Positions 45,231 to 56,200 of a DNA stretch of 64,000 bases are shown in pieces. The translations under genes and the position numbers were made by a program. The notes beneath the pieces are model-generated. The model had not been told where the DNA came from and searched no databases. It worked only from the letters and a program-made list of their open reading frames with translations. Each line of letters starts with the position of its first letter. Position 1 is the first letter of the stretch. The stretch is from a virus (Duplodnaviria > Caudoviricetes), in IMG/VR virus record IMGVR_UViG_3300025400_000015, positions 967 to 64,966 of that record; one strand, 5' to 3'.

Positions 45231-45458
45231 TTACTTCCGACCGATTGCTCCGAGTTGAATCGCAGCCAAGGTGTCAATAAGGTTGTTGCCACCCGTGGTC
45301 TGGATTTCAGGGCGTGGCGCGGTGGCGTCACCGACTGGCTTGTTCACGCGGTCAACACCCATCTGGCTCTGCTCAAGCAGAGTGGTCGGGCGCATATCCA
45401 CAACAAAGCCTTCGCGCTTTGCATCAACGCTGTATGCGGCATCAAAACGGCTAGGCAT
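45231..45458 (-). CDS. Small conserved protein (homologue of 2417..2647)
   Basis: Shared motifs. Confidence 0.8.
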   Translation of the reverse strand: MPSRFDAAYSVDAKREGFVVDMRPTTLLEQSQMGVDRVNKPVGDATAPRPEIQTTGGNNLIDTLAAIQLGAIGRK

Positions 45459-45715
45459 TAGATATCCTCTCGGACCTTGAAGGGAATGACCTCTGGCTGA
45501 ATGGTCGCAGCCGCGTAGTCAATAGTGGTGATGCCAGTGATCATTGGAGCCATGAAACCATCTCGGCCAGTGTTCCCTTCAATGCCACGGTTGGCTGGGC
45601 CAGACGTGGTGGTGGAAGTGATGTTTGGCGGGATGGAACCAGTGTCTACAGTGTTAGCAGCGGTTGAACGAAGGAACTCGTCACCGACCGTCTTGAAAGA
45701 TGCACGGGACTGCAT
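45458..45715 (-). CDS. Small conserved protein (homologue of 2647..2904)
   Basis: Start MQSRAS by TAATG overlap. Confidence 0.8.
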   Translation of the reverse strand: MQSRASFKTVGDEFLRSTAANTVDTGSIPPNITSTTTSGPANRGIEGNTGRDGFMAPMITGITTIDYAAATIQPEVIPFKVREDI

Positions 45716-45894
45716 TACATCCACCTCGCATCTACCAAGCTACAGTTACCGCAGTAGCAGGGGTCGGAAACTTCTCCCTTGACGGCTGAAGCATTGTTGC
45801 GGTTTGCAGCAGCAACGCGGTCAAACGAACGTCCGGGAATTGGGTCGGCGGCGTCAATGCCGCGAGTTAGGCCGAGGCCCGTGGGTACAGTCAT
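45715..45894 (-). CDS. Small Cys-motif protein (homologue of 3515..3694; not in ORF track)
   Basis: Hand translation MTVPTGLGLTRGIDAADPIPGRSF...SDPCYCGNC. Confidence 0.75.
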   Translation of the reverse strand: MTVPTGLGLTRGIDAADPIPGRSFDRVAAANRNNASAVKGEVSDPCYCGNCSLVDARWM

Positions 45895-45902
45895 CGTTAC
45901 TC

Positions 45903-46085
45903 CTAAACGCTTGGTTGGCTGTTGTCGTCAGATACCGGCAGTTCTTCTGAACTGAACTGCTCGGAAGCGGGGACGAGTACACCATCAAGGTCAGTGAGCA
46001 TCCCGCAGTCGAGGCAGAATACTTCGTCTGCTGCTGCTTGAATGTTCCTCGAAGCGCAGTTAGCGCAACTGAAAGGCCATGGCAT
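45903..46085 (-). CDS. Small zinc-ribbon protein (homologue of 3691..3873)
   Basis: MPWP.SC..C...C..CG. Confidence 0.75.
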   Translation of the reverse strand: MPWPFSCANCASRNIQAAADEVFCLDCGMLTDLDGVLVPASEQFSSEELPVSDDNSQPSV

Positions 46086-46106
46086 ACTCGTCCCCTATTC
46101 CTGAGA

Positions 46107-47480
46107 CTAAACTTCGTTAGCGTCGGTCGTACCCGACTCACCGAGGTTGACACCTGGGTTGTAGTAGGCGTTGTTAATGTCGCCACCCAAGGTCGAGGTT
46201 GACTCGATGCGCATGATGGAAGCCTGACGGAAGATGCTGTAAGCACCCAGCCAGTACCAACCCAGCGGGACGTAACGGCGCAGGCGGTCAGTGATGGGAC
46301 CGGGAACAACGTGCGGGAAGGCACCGTTTCCGTCGACCATCGAGTACGCCTTGGCAAGAGCCTGACGGCCCAAGATGAGCGTACCGTAGACGTTCGCACC
46401 AGTGGTCGTGGTGGACAGCGTTACCGTACCGGCAGTGACCGAAGCCGAAGCCGAACCAGACACGAAGTTGAAGGCAGGCGTAGGCGTACCGCTAACCAAG
46501 ATGGTAGTGATGCCGGTCACGGTGAGGGTACCAGCAACAGTACCCGAACCAGCACCCGAACCCGAAACCAGCGTAGCGCCGACCTGGGGAGCGTTACCCG
46601 TGTAGGTACCCTGACCAGTTGCGCCGGAAGCACCCGAAGCGATGGCCGTGGTCACGGTGTAGGTACCAGCCGTAGCCGAGGCACCAGCACCAGCGAAGAT
46701 TGGAGCGCGAGGCGTTTCAATCCAACGGACACCCTCGAAGGCACCCAGTTCACCCGTCCAGATTTCACCCGGCTGGGCGTAGACGTGAGGCGCACGCCAG
46801 CCCTGAGTGTTCGAGCCGGAGATGGACTCGCCCTGAATGTCTGCAACAATGTCGGGGTGAACGTAACCGACGTACATACCACCGAAGGTAGGAACGTTCT
46901 GCGAGCGCAGACGAGCGCGGGCAGTACGAATGTCCACCGACGAGATGGTGTTACCGGCAGCGGTGGCCGAGGTGTAAGCCGACAGAGCCGAACGCGAGGT
47001 AACGGCAGACTGGGAAACAGTGGCGCCAAGACCCGAAGCGTACATAACGTTGGTGCCGGAGTCCAGAGCCGAACGCGCAATCGTGTCCAGTGAGACACCA
47101 GCGTTGTAACCAACCACGTTGGCGACAACAGGGTCAATGTCCACGAACGAGGTACCACGCAGCTTGGCGGTGGTGAGTACGGCGTTACCGTATTCGGCCA
47201 AGGTCAGCGTGACCTGCGAGTCGGAGAGGGCAACCGTCGCAACGTCGCTCTGCTCAGAGAGGGCTGACGAAGCAATGGGAAGGTCGTTGACGATGGTGAA
47301 CGTAACAGACGAACCAGGCATTGACTGCGCGGTAGGCTGAACGTCAGCAGCGGCGTCGAAGTAAAGCTCAGGACGAAGGGCGAAGTATGCCAGTCGGTCA
47401 TATGCCTGCTTCGAGAAATCAAGCGTGGACTGACCCGTGTAAGAGTCGGTACCCGCTACGTTGCCAAATTCATTGGCCAT
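46107..47480 (-). CDS. Major capsid protein with internal T/G/S-rich insertion
   Basis: Same core motifs as 3895..5190. Confidence 0.88.
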   Translation of the reverse strand: MANEFGNVAGTDSYTGQSTLDFSKQAYDRLAYFALRPELYFDAAADVQPTAQSMPGSSVTFTIVNDLPIASSALSEQSDVATVALSDSQVTLTLAEYGNAVLTTAKLRGTSFVDIDPVVANVVGYNAGVSLDTIARSALDSGTNVMYASGLGATVSQSAVTSRSALSAYTSATAAGNTISSVDIRTARARLRSQNVPTFGGMYVGYVHPDIVADIQGESISGSNTQGWRAPHVYAQPGEIWTGELGAFEGVRWIETPRAPIFAGAGASATAGTYTVTTAIASGASGATGQGTYTGNAPQVGATLVSGSGAGSGTVAGTLTVTGITTILVSGTPTPAFNFVSGSASASVTAGTVTLSTTTTGANVYGTLILGRQALAKAYSMVDGNGAFPHVVPGPITDRLRRYVPLGWYWLGAYSIFRQASIMRIESTSTLGGDINNAYYNPGVNLGESGTTDANEV

Positions 47481-47513
47481 GGTGGGGTTTTCCTTTCAGG
47501 GAAGTTGAAAGGC

Positions 47514-47993
47514 TTAGTACATCCCCGGTGCAGAGACTCCGACCTTGCGGCCAGTGTCGCTAGATACGATTCGCATGACCTCTTCGACGCTACCCGCGTT
47601 GGCTAGAGCGGCGAGATACTCCTGCTGGGGATCTGGTGTAGCACCAACTGTCCCAATAGTTGCACCCTGCGCTCGACGCAATGCTTCGAGTTCAAAGTCA
47701 TTCGACGGTGTTGCCTGCTGAGGCGCGGCTTCCAAAATACCGTACTCACGGGCCTTTTCGCGGATTGCGTCTAGGTCTGCTTCGCCACGGTACGCATCAC
47801 GGAAAAGATTTCCAAGAGGCGAATCGGGAATACCTGCTTTAGCCAGCAATACTTCACGCTTCTGATTCTCAAGTTCCTGGCGCATCTGCTCCAGTTCCTT
47901 GCGAGCCTTTTCTGCTTCACGCAGCTGCTTCCGAATGTTCGGGTCTAACGGCTGGTTCTGCGGCTCTTCGTCAAATTCGTCGTCGTATGCCAT
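47514..47993 (-). CDS. Capsid scaffolding protein
   Basis: True start MAYDDE at 47993 (AAGGAG RBS; matches copy A). Confidence 0.75.
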   Translation of the reverse strand: MAYDDEFDEEPQNQPLDPNIRKQLREAEKARKELEQMRQELENQKREVLLAKAGIPDSPLGNLFRDAYRGEADLDAIREKAREYGILEAAPQQATPSNDFELEALRRAQGATIGTVGATPDPQQEYLAALANAGSVEEVMRIVSSDTGRKVGVSAPGMY

Positions 47994-48141
47994 GCAATCG
48001 CTCCTTACGGGTACGCACTTTGCCAGAGGGTAACAAAGCGGAAAATCAGTTGATGCACGCTGGTACGCGATAAAGGTTGTGCAACCCTTTACCGGGTTAG
48101 GGGACCAGCGCACCTGCGGCCAAACAGGGCCAATCACCTAC
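47994..48141 (-). ncRNA. Candidate structured 5' leader RNA of scaffold/capsid operon (copy B)
   Basis: Conserved and covarying with 5704-5852. Confidence 0.65.
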
Positions 48142-48145
48142 CTAG

Positions 48146-48175
48146 ATTGTACATTACATAACGTAATTTGTTACG
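48146..48175 (-). promoter_or_regulatory. Putative late promoter CGTAAC-N18-TACAAT
   Basis: Matches 5857-5886. Confidence 0.65.
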
Positions 48176-49768
48176 CTAGGTGCGAGCAGATCCAAGACCA
48201 GTGACGCCCTTAGCGTTCTCAACGTAGCCACCGCCCTTCTCAAAGGGGGCAACCTTGGCTTGCTCAGCACGGGCAACCTGCGTCTGCGCGGCCACTTGGC
48301 TGATACCACCGAAGCCTGCCAGTTGAGAAGCGATAAGGGTATTGGTGTTGACGGTCGGCTGGTTGGCGCCGGGCAGGGATTTGGTCAGAGCCACGTCACG
48401 GCTCGCTCCTAGGACGCCTTGCTCAATCTGGGATACTCCATACCCCAAAGCCTGATTGCCGGACGTAGCGGCCAATTTAGCCATGTCTGCGAGCTGTTCA
48501 GAGCCACCCAGAGACAGGCCGCTCAGACCGACGCGAGTGGCGTAGTCCTGAATCTCGGCGGTAGCAACCTGACGTTGCATCTGGGGCAGACCTTCCTTGG
48601 TCTTGCTACCTGGCAGTTCGCCGGTAATGACGTACTTCATCAGGTCGCTCTCGTTGATGCCAAACTCCTTCTGGAGCAGAGCCTTGGTGTTGGGGTCGGC
48701 GTTCTGGACTGTGGTGTAAATGTCCTGAATACGCTGCTGGTACTCGACGCGAGAAACGTTGCCGTTCAGCAGTTCACCGATTTGTGCTTTGGTTGGCATG
48801 GGTGCGCCGTACTGAGTGGCCGAGTCTTGGATGCCCTGAACGTAGGTCTGGTATTGATCCTCGGTCATGTGAACATTGTTCTTTGACGAGTTGTAAGTTC
48901 CCAGTCCGGGGAAGGCGGCGTTGTAAATCTGACGAATTTTCTCGTCGGCGGCTTTGCCCAAGTTGCTAGGTGCTTGGCCACGAATGGCAGCCAAGATGCC
49001 GTCATACTTGATAAGGTGGTCGCCCTGCTTGCTGACCATCTGCCAAACGTAATCGCCCAGTTGCCCCAGACCCCAGCGGTCAAGGTAGTTCATCACCGTG
49101 TTGTAGGCGCCCTGCTCTTGGTTGACCGTGGCGGTGGATACGGAGAGCTGGTACTGCTCTTGGTTCAGCCTGAGGTTGGCAAGGTTTGCTGCGGCGTTGG
49201 CGGCAGCGGTGTTGGCATTGGCAACGTCTGTCTGGATGAAGTTTAGAACCGCTGGGCTGTTGATGAGTGCGGTGCTGGGTGCAACGTAGCCGGAGAGCGT
49301 GTAGTTATTGCTCTGCAACTGGAGCGTTACCGCCGCCAGAATCTTTGTCGCGTCTTTGGTCGAGGGGTTGAAACCAGGCTCAATAGCCCAGCTGATAAGA
49401 CTGTTGTACTGTGCCTCGGTAATCTTGCCCTGTTCCTTGGCCTGACCGATGGCGTCGTACAATTCCTTACCATTACTAGGCGCGTAAGGAGCGCCGTTTT
49501 TGGCACCGGGGTTGTAGGAAAGCGTCAGGTTCTTTGGCAGGCCAAACTGTTTGATGAGGTTTTCTGGGATAGGCGTGGAGCTGATTGGGTTCAGGCCGGT
49601 GGTCGTGCTGGTGGTGGTAGCGGCAGTCGTTGACCGAGCGCCGACTAGCCACTTGCCCGTGGTTGCGTCCTTATAGGCAAAGTATTCCGACTGATCCGCC
49701 TTAGGGATTGTCGGTTCTGAATCAAACGTCTGACTCGGGTTGTTTGGGTTGAATACTGGGGCTGCCAT
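48176..49768 (-). CDS. Putative internal virion protein
   Basis: Homologue of 5887..7386 with unrelated N-terminal third. Confidence 0.7.
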   Translation of the reverse strand: MAAPVFNPNNPSQTFDSEPTIPKADQSEYFAYKDATTGKWLVGARSTTAATTTSTTTGLNPISSTPIPENLIKQFGLPKNLTLSYNPGAKNGAPYAPSNGKELYDAIGQAKEQGKITEAQYNSLISWAIEPGFNPSTKDATKILAAVTLQLQSNNYTLSGYVAPSTALINSPAVLNFIQTDVANANTAAANAAANLANLRLNQEQYQLSVSTATVNQEQGAYNTVMNYLDRWGLGQLGDYVWQMVSKQGDHLIKYDGILAAIRGQAPSNLGKAADEKIRQIYNAAFPGLGTYNSSKNNVHMTEDQYQTYVQGIQDSATQYGAPMPTKAQIGELLNGNVSRVEYQQRIQDIYTTVQNADPNTKALLQKEFGINESDLMKYVITGELPGSKTKEGLPQMQRQVATAEIQDYATRVGLSGLSLGGSEQLADMAKLAATSGNQALGYGVSQIEQGVLGASRDVALTKSLPGANQPTVNTNTLIASQLAGFGGISQVAAQTQVARAEQAKVAPFEKGGGYVENAKGVTGLGSART

Positions 49769-50265
49769 TATTGCTCCTTCGGCGGGTTGCTAAATCCCTT
49801 TTGCAACGCTTGAATAATCTGTTGTGCCTTGCCCATCGCTTCTGGCGTTTTGTCATAGCCGAAAGAAGAATCGGTCATAATGTGTTGCTTCCAGTCCTCA
49901 AGCGACATAGGTGCTGGGCGTCCGGTGGTCGGGTCGGTGCCACCAGTCAAGGCGGCGATGGCCGAGGGGTCGGTCTGAAAGTTAGGCTCGTATGCCTCGC
50001 CCAGCTTCTGCTTCGCCACTTGGCGGTACGGATCAAGCAAGTACGCGGTGGGGATGCCAGCGTCAATCTGCTTTGCCAGCGTTGGGTACAGACCCTTTGC
50101 CGTGGTCTTGACGTATTCCTCAAACGCGCTCGCCTTCTCTGGCGTCACGCCGTCTTTGGCGATGCCATCAAGCGTGGAGTCGCTTATGGGAACGTGATAC
50201 ATCTCGGCCATTTGGCGTAGGTCGCCTACGGACATTTGCTTTTCCTGTGGTGCTTCGTCTGCCAT
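49768..50265 (-). CDS. Putative internal virion protein
   Basis: Homologue of 7386..7880. Confidence 0.7.
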   Translation of the reverse strand: MADEAPQEKQMSVGDLRQMAEMYHVPISDSTLDGIAKDGVTPEKASAFEEYVKTTAKGLYPTLAKQIDAGIPTAYLLDPYRQVAKQKLGEAYEPNFQTDPSAIAALTGGTDPTTGRPAPMSLEDWKQHIMTDSSFGYDKTPEAMGKAQQIIQALQKGFSNPPKEQ

Positions 50266-50270
50266 TATTC

Positions 50271-53200
50271 CTACTTTGTCGGTGCCTTAGCAAGTACTGC
50301 GGTCAAAAGGTATGCGATGTTTGCGTTCGCTGGGTCCTGCGCGTAGGCGTCCATCGTGTTTTGGAGTTCCTGCTCAACCGACCACTGTTCCTTAGCGGAT
50401 ACGCCTGGTTGGTCAATCTGTTCCATGTAGTTGTTGTACTGCTCAAACGCCTTGGAAAGAACAGCGATGTTTCCCTTAGTCCACAGTCCCGCGTTGGTGA
50501 CTTGCGCCTGCGCTTCGGGGTCGGCCAAGAACGCCTTGAGTTGCTCAACGGCCTTGACTTCCTTTGGCTTAGACGAGGTGCCGAATGGGGAGCCGTACTG
50601 TAACCACGTTGAGTTGTTCGTGTTACCCCACGACTGCGCCGCTGCCTTGAGAGCCTGCGTGCCTGCGTAGGGAATGTAGTTACGCGGGTCGCTTTCGCCG
50701 TAGTAGGTGCCGCCGTACTGAGCGTAGTACTGGGGAACCAGCTGACCGTAGTAGAACTGGTCGCCAGCGTTTGCCAAGAAGGTGTTGATGAAATCCTGTG
50801 GCGTGTCTCGGCTACGGAGTCCCATGCTCACAAGGTTCTGGTAGATACCCGGCAGGTACGTTCCGCTACGAGGGATACCGTAGGCAAACAAGTTGGGGTA
50901 GCCGGTGTCTGGCTCAAGCAACTTGGGAACCGCGTTGATCCACTTGTAGGTGACGTTGGTTTCGGGGTACGAGCCAAACGGGTTCTGCGATGACGAGATG
51001 GTGTCTACCCATTCCTGCGGGTACTGCTGGGCAAACAAGTACTGCGCTTCCGAGAAGGGAATTTGCTCGCCATTAGGCATCTTGAGGCTGGCGAATTGGT
51101 TGAACTTGTCGTTACTGAAGTTTGCCTTGAGTACCGGCGCGATGGGCGAGAAGAACGAGGGAAGCAGTCGAGCAACCGACAAGGCCAACGAAGCAACGTA
51201 GGCACGCTCGATGAACTGCTGTTCGTTTGTTCCTTCGTTGAACCAAGCACTTGCCTGCTCCAGCGCGTAGTTCTGCGCGTTCACGTTGTCCGTGTTTGAC
51301 GGAGTTTTGATGTTGTTCATCGCAAAGTATTCGTCAATGTAGGTGGTGAGCATATTCTGCAACGCTTCGTGCATCGCAGTCACCTGAGTCTGAGCAACGT
51401 TGCCGAGGTCAAACTGCTTGTGGTTGAAGGCATAACCAGCAGTGTCCACCGCGTAGAACGCCGTGTCGCGCCAGAAGCTTGACGGCAGAAGGTCAGAAAG
51501 GATGCCTGTCTTAGCACCGACCGGACCAAGGATTGCGGCCAATACGTTTGCGTGTGCCTGAGCATCAATGATGTGGTTGTCGGCAAGACCGTTCATAACC
51601 ATCTTGGTAAGGACGCTGACGTAGGGGCTAGCGTCAGGGCGCAACAGGTTCTCAATCATGTTGACGCCAGTGTCCGAGCCGAGCGGATCAATGGTCTGAA
51701 TTGCCGATGGGTCGCCCAGCATCGTGAAGCCAAGGTTGGTAAAGAAGTTGCCCAGCAGGTTGTTACCGCTTGCCAAGGCATTGACCGCAAAGTGCGTCAC
51801 TTCAGAGCCACCGGGCATACCGAGGTACGACTGGTTGTCCTGCGTAATCTTGTGGAACACCTGAGTCATTCGCATACAGATACGCAGGTAGCGAACGAAG
51901 GCGGCTGGGTCATCGTCAAGCAGACGGAACGCACGACGATACGCCTGGTTCTTGGCAAACCAGAATGGGGACAGGATACGAGTGGCCTGCTCAAACTGAA
52001 AGCGGTCGGCAGGGTTGTGGACGTACCGGACCATTCGAGTAAAGGCATTGTTGAGAGCCTGCACCGAAGCCTGTTCTTCAGTCATCAGGTTGTCTGCGAT
52101 ACGCTCGCGCAGTTGCTCCATTGAGGCGTGGTACTCCCAGAGGAATACCGGCTCACGGCTCATCCAGCTGACGATGTTGCCGAAGGCGCGGTCAATGATT
52201 GCTTCGTTGGTAATCTTTGGCAACATGGCAAGAACCTTCAGGTACTTCTTGATGCCATCAGTTTCCCACGACGAGCGAGCGTCAGAGGCCGCGATAAGGT
52301 GCATTGGGTACAGACCCTTTGCCTTGGTGTAGTCCTTTGCCAAGTCCGGCTCTGCCTTGATGTTGCCACTGACCGCTTGGTCAATAAGGTCTTGGTGGAA
52401 GATGGCTTCAGTTCCCTCGTCCATCGTGGAGCGCAGACCCGACAGCGAGTGCCAGACGTTGTAGACCTGGGTGGTGGCGAAGTCGCGCAACGGATCGCCA
52501 GAACTGTTCTCTGCCAGCAACTTGCCGTAAGCACCAAAGCCCTGTAGTTGGTCCTCTGGGATTTGCAACAGGCGGTTGACCTGCTTGTCCACGAGGTTAT
52601 CAAAGGCGCTACGACGACCCAGACCGCTGTAGGTGTACTTGCCGTCTGCGGCCACCATTGCCTCAATGTCCTTTGCGATTGGCAGGTACAGGTCCTTTTC
52701 GACGTGGATGAGTTGCAACTGGTTGAACAGCGCCGAGGCGATGTGCTTCTTGTCTGCTTTCGTGTATCCGTCACCGACGAACCGAGTGCCACTTACGACC
52801 TTGCCACCTTCTTCGTCCGTACCGTATGCCATCTGCGACATAGCGGCGGCTTCCTTGGTGGTGCCGTAAATCTGGTTGATGCCGTGCGTAATGTCTGCAA
52901 TGTGGCCACCACAAAGGCTGAGTGCCGTTGCGTAGTCAGACAGCATCCGCTCAAAGCGTTCCGGATTCATGGCTTGCAAGATGCCACGCTCGATGCCGGT
53001 AAGCGAACCCATGTAAAGCGACTTTGCCCAACTGCCACCATCCATCAAAGTGTTGGCGATGCGCATAGCTTCTTTGGAAAGGAGTTCAGATTCCTTTATA
53101 ACTGGCGGCGTGTCTGGCAACAAAGCCTTGGCAAACGGGTTTGGCACTTCGGCCAGAGGCATATATTTTTCTTCGTGCTTGGCAATAGACGCAGCCAAGC

Positions 53201-56200
53201 GTGACTCAAAGTAGTCAACCGGCCCGATGCGCGAGATGTTCAGCAACGCTTCCGATGCCGACACGCGAATCAAGTAGGCACCCGTTGAGAGCATTTCGGG
53301 AATGAACATATTGCTCAATGCCCAGTTGAAGGCGTCGGCAGTCTTGTTGTGCCAGCGAAGGTAGTTGATCTGAGTGGCGCGGAAACGGCTCATCTTCTCA
53401 ACGAGCAACTTTTGCGCTTCTGAGTTTGCCTTCTTTGAGTCGGCCAACTTGACCGTCTTAGCCAGTTGCTGGAAGTCCTTGATGGGAACAGCGGGCGTAC
53501 TGATTTTCTTGTAGATACGCGCTTCCATGTCCATCAGCGCCTGGAGTGTCCCCTTGGCGCGAGACAGGTCTGCCTCTGGAATAAAAGTCATGGCAGACAA
53601 CTGCGCTCGCAAACGACTAGCTTCGGGCGCGTTGATTTTGGTGGCGTTGTCGGCGGCTTCCTTCAGAGCGTTGTATGCGTCGGCCTGCTCAACCATATCC
53701 TTGTACGATTTGGCGGCGGTGTAAGCGGAGCGAGATACGCTCTTGGCGTACTGAACAAACTTCTGCGGTTCGCTCAGTTCAGGGTTGTTCATGGCACGGT
53801 CGGCGGCACGAACGACCTTCTCAAAGCCGTCACGGTAGCCCTGCGCCAGTCCGATAAGACCCTTCTTCAGGTATGAGTTAGTGCGCTTCTCAACAATGTC
53901 GGCCATTGTCTTTCGGGCGTCTTGCACCACAGCGTTCTGAATGTCGGCAATGCGAGCCATCGCCTGTTCTTCCATGTTGCGTGCTTCGCTGGCCTTGAAC
54001 AACAGCGTGCTGTCGGTTGTGGCCGCTGCCTTGGCGTAGCGAGAAAGCATACCGGCAATCTGGCGAGGGTCAATAAAGTGCCCGGCGCGGATGTGCTGGA
54101 AGGCGTTACCGTACAGACCAATGCTGGCAGGGTCCTCGGGGTCAACGAACGTAGACATAGCCAAACCGTCTGGCCCAGCGTTGTAGACACGGGCATCCTT
54201 GAACGCGCCACCACCACGGAAACCGTAGAGGTTCTCAAAGTCTTGACGGATCATTGGCTCAAAGTAGTCCTTGAGTGCGTAGTAGTTCTCGCCCACCATG
54301 CGACCCAACTGACCGCTAACGGTGAGGGTACTGAGGTGAACCAAGGCATTACCAAACTCGACGTTGCTCTTAGCGGTTCGCAGAACGTCGCCAAGTGCCT
54401 GAATAATGCGCTCGTTGAACTGGCCGGTCTGCAAGAACATACGCTGGATAAGCGGGATAGCGTCCTTGTCGCCCAGCTTGAAGGCGTAATTGGCAATCTT
54501 GGGAATTTCACCCTTTGCCTCGGCTTCGTCAATTTTCCAAATGGACTCGGTGGCCAATGCTCGCAGGCGCTGGTTCAGGCTGCCACGGGCAAGACGTCGA
54601 ACATCGTTTGTGCCAGCGGTGTCAATGTTGAGAAGGTCAATCTCGTCGAGGCCAGCCTTAGCCAGTTCCTCGTTCATAATGTCAACCGCTTTCATCAAGT
54701 CGGTGTTCAGTACGGTGCGACCAAAGACGTTCAGCCCTGCGTCAACAATGCGAGTTATGCCCTTGCCAATCGCGCGAGTGCCAACGCGGAATACGCGAGT
54801 GGTGGGCAATACGTATCCGGTCAAAGCACCGCCGTCAGCAATATCGGCGTGAATGCCTACAACTTCGTCCCACGTCTTAGCGTTGGCCAAGGCGTGTAGC
54901 ACGCTGTCGGTGTACATACCATTGAACATCTTTTTGATATCGTCATAGCCGTGGTCAACCATGTACTGAAAGGCTCGGCGGTTGCGGGCTGTGGAACCAG
55001 CCTTCTCAAATACGTCTGCGCCGGTTTCTACACCAAGACCAGGCCACCACTTGCCGAGTACGCCACCAACACCGTGAGCAGAGTTGGCTGCGTCAAGGTA
55101 GTGCGATGCCGCGCCGATTGGATCGCTTGACATAAAGGTCCCCATGTCGACGGCACCAGACACAAGTGTGTAGCCCAAACTACCCTGTTCAAGTCCAAGG
55201 CTGTCTGCAAGGTATCCACCGGGACTCATGTGAATCGGCATACCACGCGAGTCAACCGGAACGCCGTTGGCGGATGCCTTCCACAGCGCGGCGGTGTAGG
55301 GGTTCTGCATCGCCTGCTGTTGCATCATGGCGTATGACCATATGAAGCGTGGATTATTGACCGCGCCTAGGTATGCTTTAGCACCCTTAGCGAATGGTCC
55401 GATAGTCCAGCGAGCAACCGGCTGGAAGAAGTCACGGGCGGCCTTGAACGCTTGACCGTTGCGAGTAAGCTTGTCCGTCTTGCCGAGTTGTTCAGTTGGA
55501 GTTTCCTCGCCCTTTGTAACCGCTTCCTCAAGGTTTGCGGCGGCGGTGTCCTCTGGAACGGTGTCTGGGTTGAACTTGCGAGCAACGCGAGAAGCGGTTG
55601 CAATAAAACGCGAGAAATCGGTAGAACTTGCTTTCCCTGTTTTTTGCGCCTTTAGTGCAAGATTGGCAAGCGTTTCCAAATCGCTTGTTTCTCCACCGCC
55701 AGCGACAACCTCGTTACCGGCAAGTGCCGTAAGGATTGCGGGCATCAAATATACCAGCGTGTAGCCAAGACCCTTTTGGTTGGCCATTGACTCGGTGTAG
55801 GCAAGAGCTTGCTTACCAATATCCCACGTTTTAGGAATGTTGATTGCGTTCAGAAATGTTTGCTGTGCATCGCCTAAGTTGGCTGAGAATTGACCAATGC
55901 CGTTTTCACCAACGAAACCACCCGTGCCGAGTTCGGCGGCAGTCCACACCGTTCGGTTGGCAAAGTTGAGTGCGCCCTTAGCAACTGCTTCGGTACCGGC
56001 AAGCGATGCCTGACCTTCCCAGCTTCGCTGACTTTCTGGCGTGTCGGCAGCCATTACAGGGTTGTACTGAGCGATGTTGTTCAGGGTGTTGGTGAAGAAA
56101 TTACCAATGTCGCCAAGGATGCCACGACCGCTTTGTTGCGGTTTGGGCTGATCCGTTGCCGCGTTCGCAAAGGTGTGCGCAATGTTGGTGGCGTCACTCC

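Noticed and set aside
47994-48137. 48-aa N-terminal extension of scaffold B in the ORF track
   Set aside because: Not in frame with the scaffold in copy A; the RBS and homology place the start at 47993, and the region is the conserved leader.
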